Shown here: one piece after another, positions 62,301 to 64,000 of the stretch
How positions within the stretch are numbered: position 1 is the first letter of the stretch
How the letters are laid out: every line of letters starts with the position of its first letter
NCBI GenBank assembly: GCA_036172245.1
Contig: JAYWIR010000001.1
Coordinates: 4,650,001 to 4,714,000, forward strand
Source: Raillietiella orientalis
Taxonomy: Eukaryota
Length of the DNA stretch: 64,000 nucleotides
Reading direction: 5' to 3'
Program-made: the position numbers and the translations under genes
The notes under the pieces: model-generated
The model's database searches: none
Told to the model about the DNA's origin: nothing
Seen by the model: the letters and a program-made list of their open reading frames with translations, nothing else

Positions 62301-62949
62301 TAGTTTTCAGGTGTGTTCGCTGGACTGGAAGAGCTCCTGTTCTTGCGCTCCACAGAGTCATCTTTGAGAGCATAATGATATATGCGAAATCCACTGGCAC
62401 CGCAGCATTCTAGGGAACGTCCATCCACCCTTGAGCTCCCACTGTGTTCTTTCAGAGGACGGCTGTTCCAGGAAGATTCCTCCTCACAACTGTCCCAGAC
62501 GTCAATTTCCATTCAAAGAACGCGCTGTTCACGTCCTGGACGATTGAGGCCACTGTCCTCTCTCGCCCTCTGCTTTCCAGCAAAGTATTTTGATTTTTCT
62601 TCTCTCCCTCCGAGGTCTTGGTCTATTCTTTGATCCTTTTGCAGGATCCACGCCTGGGCACAAGAGAACCTCTTTCTCTCTTTGAGCCGCAGTGGGGGCT
62701 CGTCCTCTCATCCCAGGAAGACCCCAGGAAAGTGGAAACTCTTCCATCCAACGCTTAAGCAGATGTCAGAAAAACAGCACCTTCCGAGTGCTTCGGGCAC
62801 CAGAAAGGTCTGAAGGTTGGCTACGACCTTCACGTCGCGCCGAAGCGCCGTCCATGCCGCTCGCGTAGTCGGCATTCCCCGTCGTTCAAGAGCTGACGTC
62901 GAAGGCGAGGACAAGAAATGAAAATGGAATCAACGACAATACGTCCCGC

Positions 62950-64000
62950 GCCGTGGAGCTGGTGGATTGATACCACTCCAGAGGAGAGCGCCGCTCCCGT
63001 CGGGGAGCGAACCTTCAGAGAAAATTGGGAGGCATCCCTTCGGGGTTCTCCTCAGAGGGGGAAACCAGGAGCGATTCCTTTGCAGATTCCCTCCGGGGAA
63101 GAAATTTTAGGAGCGGATCCTAGAAGGCTTTTCCGGGTTCAAAGAAGAAACGTGGAATGGCTTCCTCTGAGGGGTCCTTCCGGAGGAGGATAAGTAAGGG
63201 GTTCTCTTCGGAGACAACCAGGTGGTGGGTAGTGTGGGGAAATCCCTCCTGCATCTCATAGTGGACTGTGCTTTCCTCCGGTCCCTATGAGCAGGTTTCG
63301 CAACGACCCTCCGGATCCCGGTTGGCAACCACAGGGACGTTTACGGCTCCTCTTTGTGTGGGATGCTCTGCGGCCAGTCGCGGCCCAGCAGCGCTTTGCT
63401 GCATCCGCGGGATTGTGACGGCCTGGAGCGAAGCCGTCACAGGAAGAAAAGGGAGGAGACTCCGTTCAGTTCGCAGTTCGCTTTCTGCGGATAGCAGCAG
63501 CCAGATGGCCCCATCTGGGACCTATTAGGATGGACCTAGCCGGCATCCTAGAGTGGATGCAGATTCCCTCCAGAGAACAGTGGTTCCCTCCCGACCCTCC
63601 AAAAGATTTTTATTTATTTTTATTTGCTCTTTCTTTTTGTTCTCTCCCGTTCCCTCTGCTGCCGAGGTGATTCATGACGGTTCTGCGCATCAGAGACCCG
63701 GCAGGTCCATAGACAATTTGAGTGTGGTAGACCACCGCGCGTCCTACCAAAATTTTTGAGGTTATTTTAAATCAACAAACGCCTCTACATGTCCTGGTGG
63801 AAATCGAAGACAACCAGGGTGAAGGGGTTCCCTCCTAGGCGTGAGAAGAATGGACTCCTTCCTCTGGAGCCCTTCCCGGATTCATAGGGTGGTCCCTCCT
63901 CTGGTGTTGCTCCCTAACTTGAAAAGTTAAACGCACCCTTAGGTGGCGTGGACAGTGGTAAAGAGCTTCGTGAGCCGCCAAGCAAACGATTCTTCAGTAC
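62950..64000 (+). mobile_element. SINE-like element (copy 10, 5'-lacking), split by a LINE insertion
   Basis: SINE body at 62950-63222 resumes at 63804 (GACAACCAGGG...GGATTCATAGGGTGGTCCCTCC...AAAGAGCTTCGTGAGC). Confidence 0.85.
63223..63803 (+). mobile_element. 5'-truncated LINE with 15-bp TSD (1 mismatch)
   Basis: TCGGAGACAACCAGG (63208-63222) and TCGAAGACAACCAGG (63804-63818). Peptides AALCCIRGIVTA and AAARWPHLG. Terminal motif at 63774-63803. Confidence 0.85.

Overview
Eukaryotic, GC-rich, gene-free window made almost entirely of nested, decayed transposable elements. No intact host CDS, rRNA, tRNA gene or CRISPR array could be supported, and the ORF track is chance or decayed-TE reading frames. 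There are three main components. (1) About ten copies of a ~750-bp tRNA-headed SINE-like element, with Pol III A/B boxes, an internal ~38-nt subrepeat array and subfamily-specific hairpin modules; two copies form a near-identical inverted pair (2595-3205 and 8112-8718). (2) Many frameshifted fragments of L1/Tx1-type LINE ORF2 (endonuclease, RT and zinc-knuckle motifs). One LINE family is recognisable by a C-terminal 'CCIR...AARWPHL' peptide and a conserved ~30-nt 3' terminal motif after AATAAA with almost no poly(A). Three of its insertions show 10-15-bp target-site duplications, nested in older LINEs or in the SINE. (3) A decayed PIF/Harbinger transposase, an AT-rich island with a 48-bp tandem repeat, and several simple repeats. 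All protein-family calls are by-eye motif matches across frameshifts, not database results. The taxon cannot be determined from this sequence.
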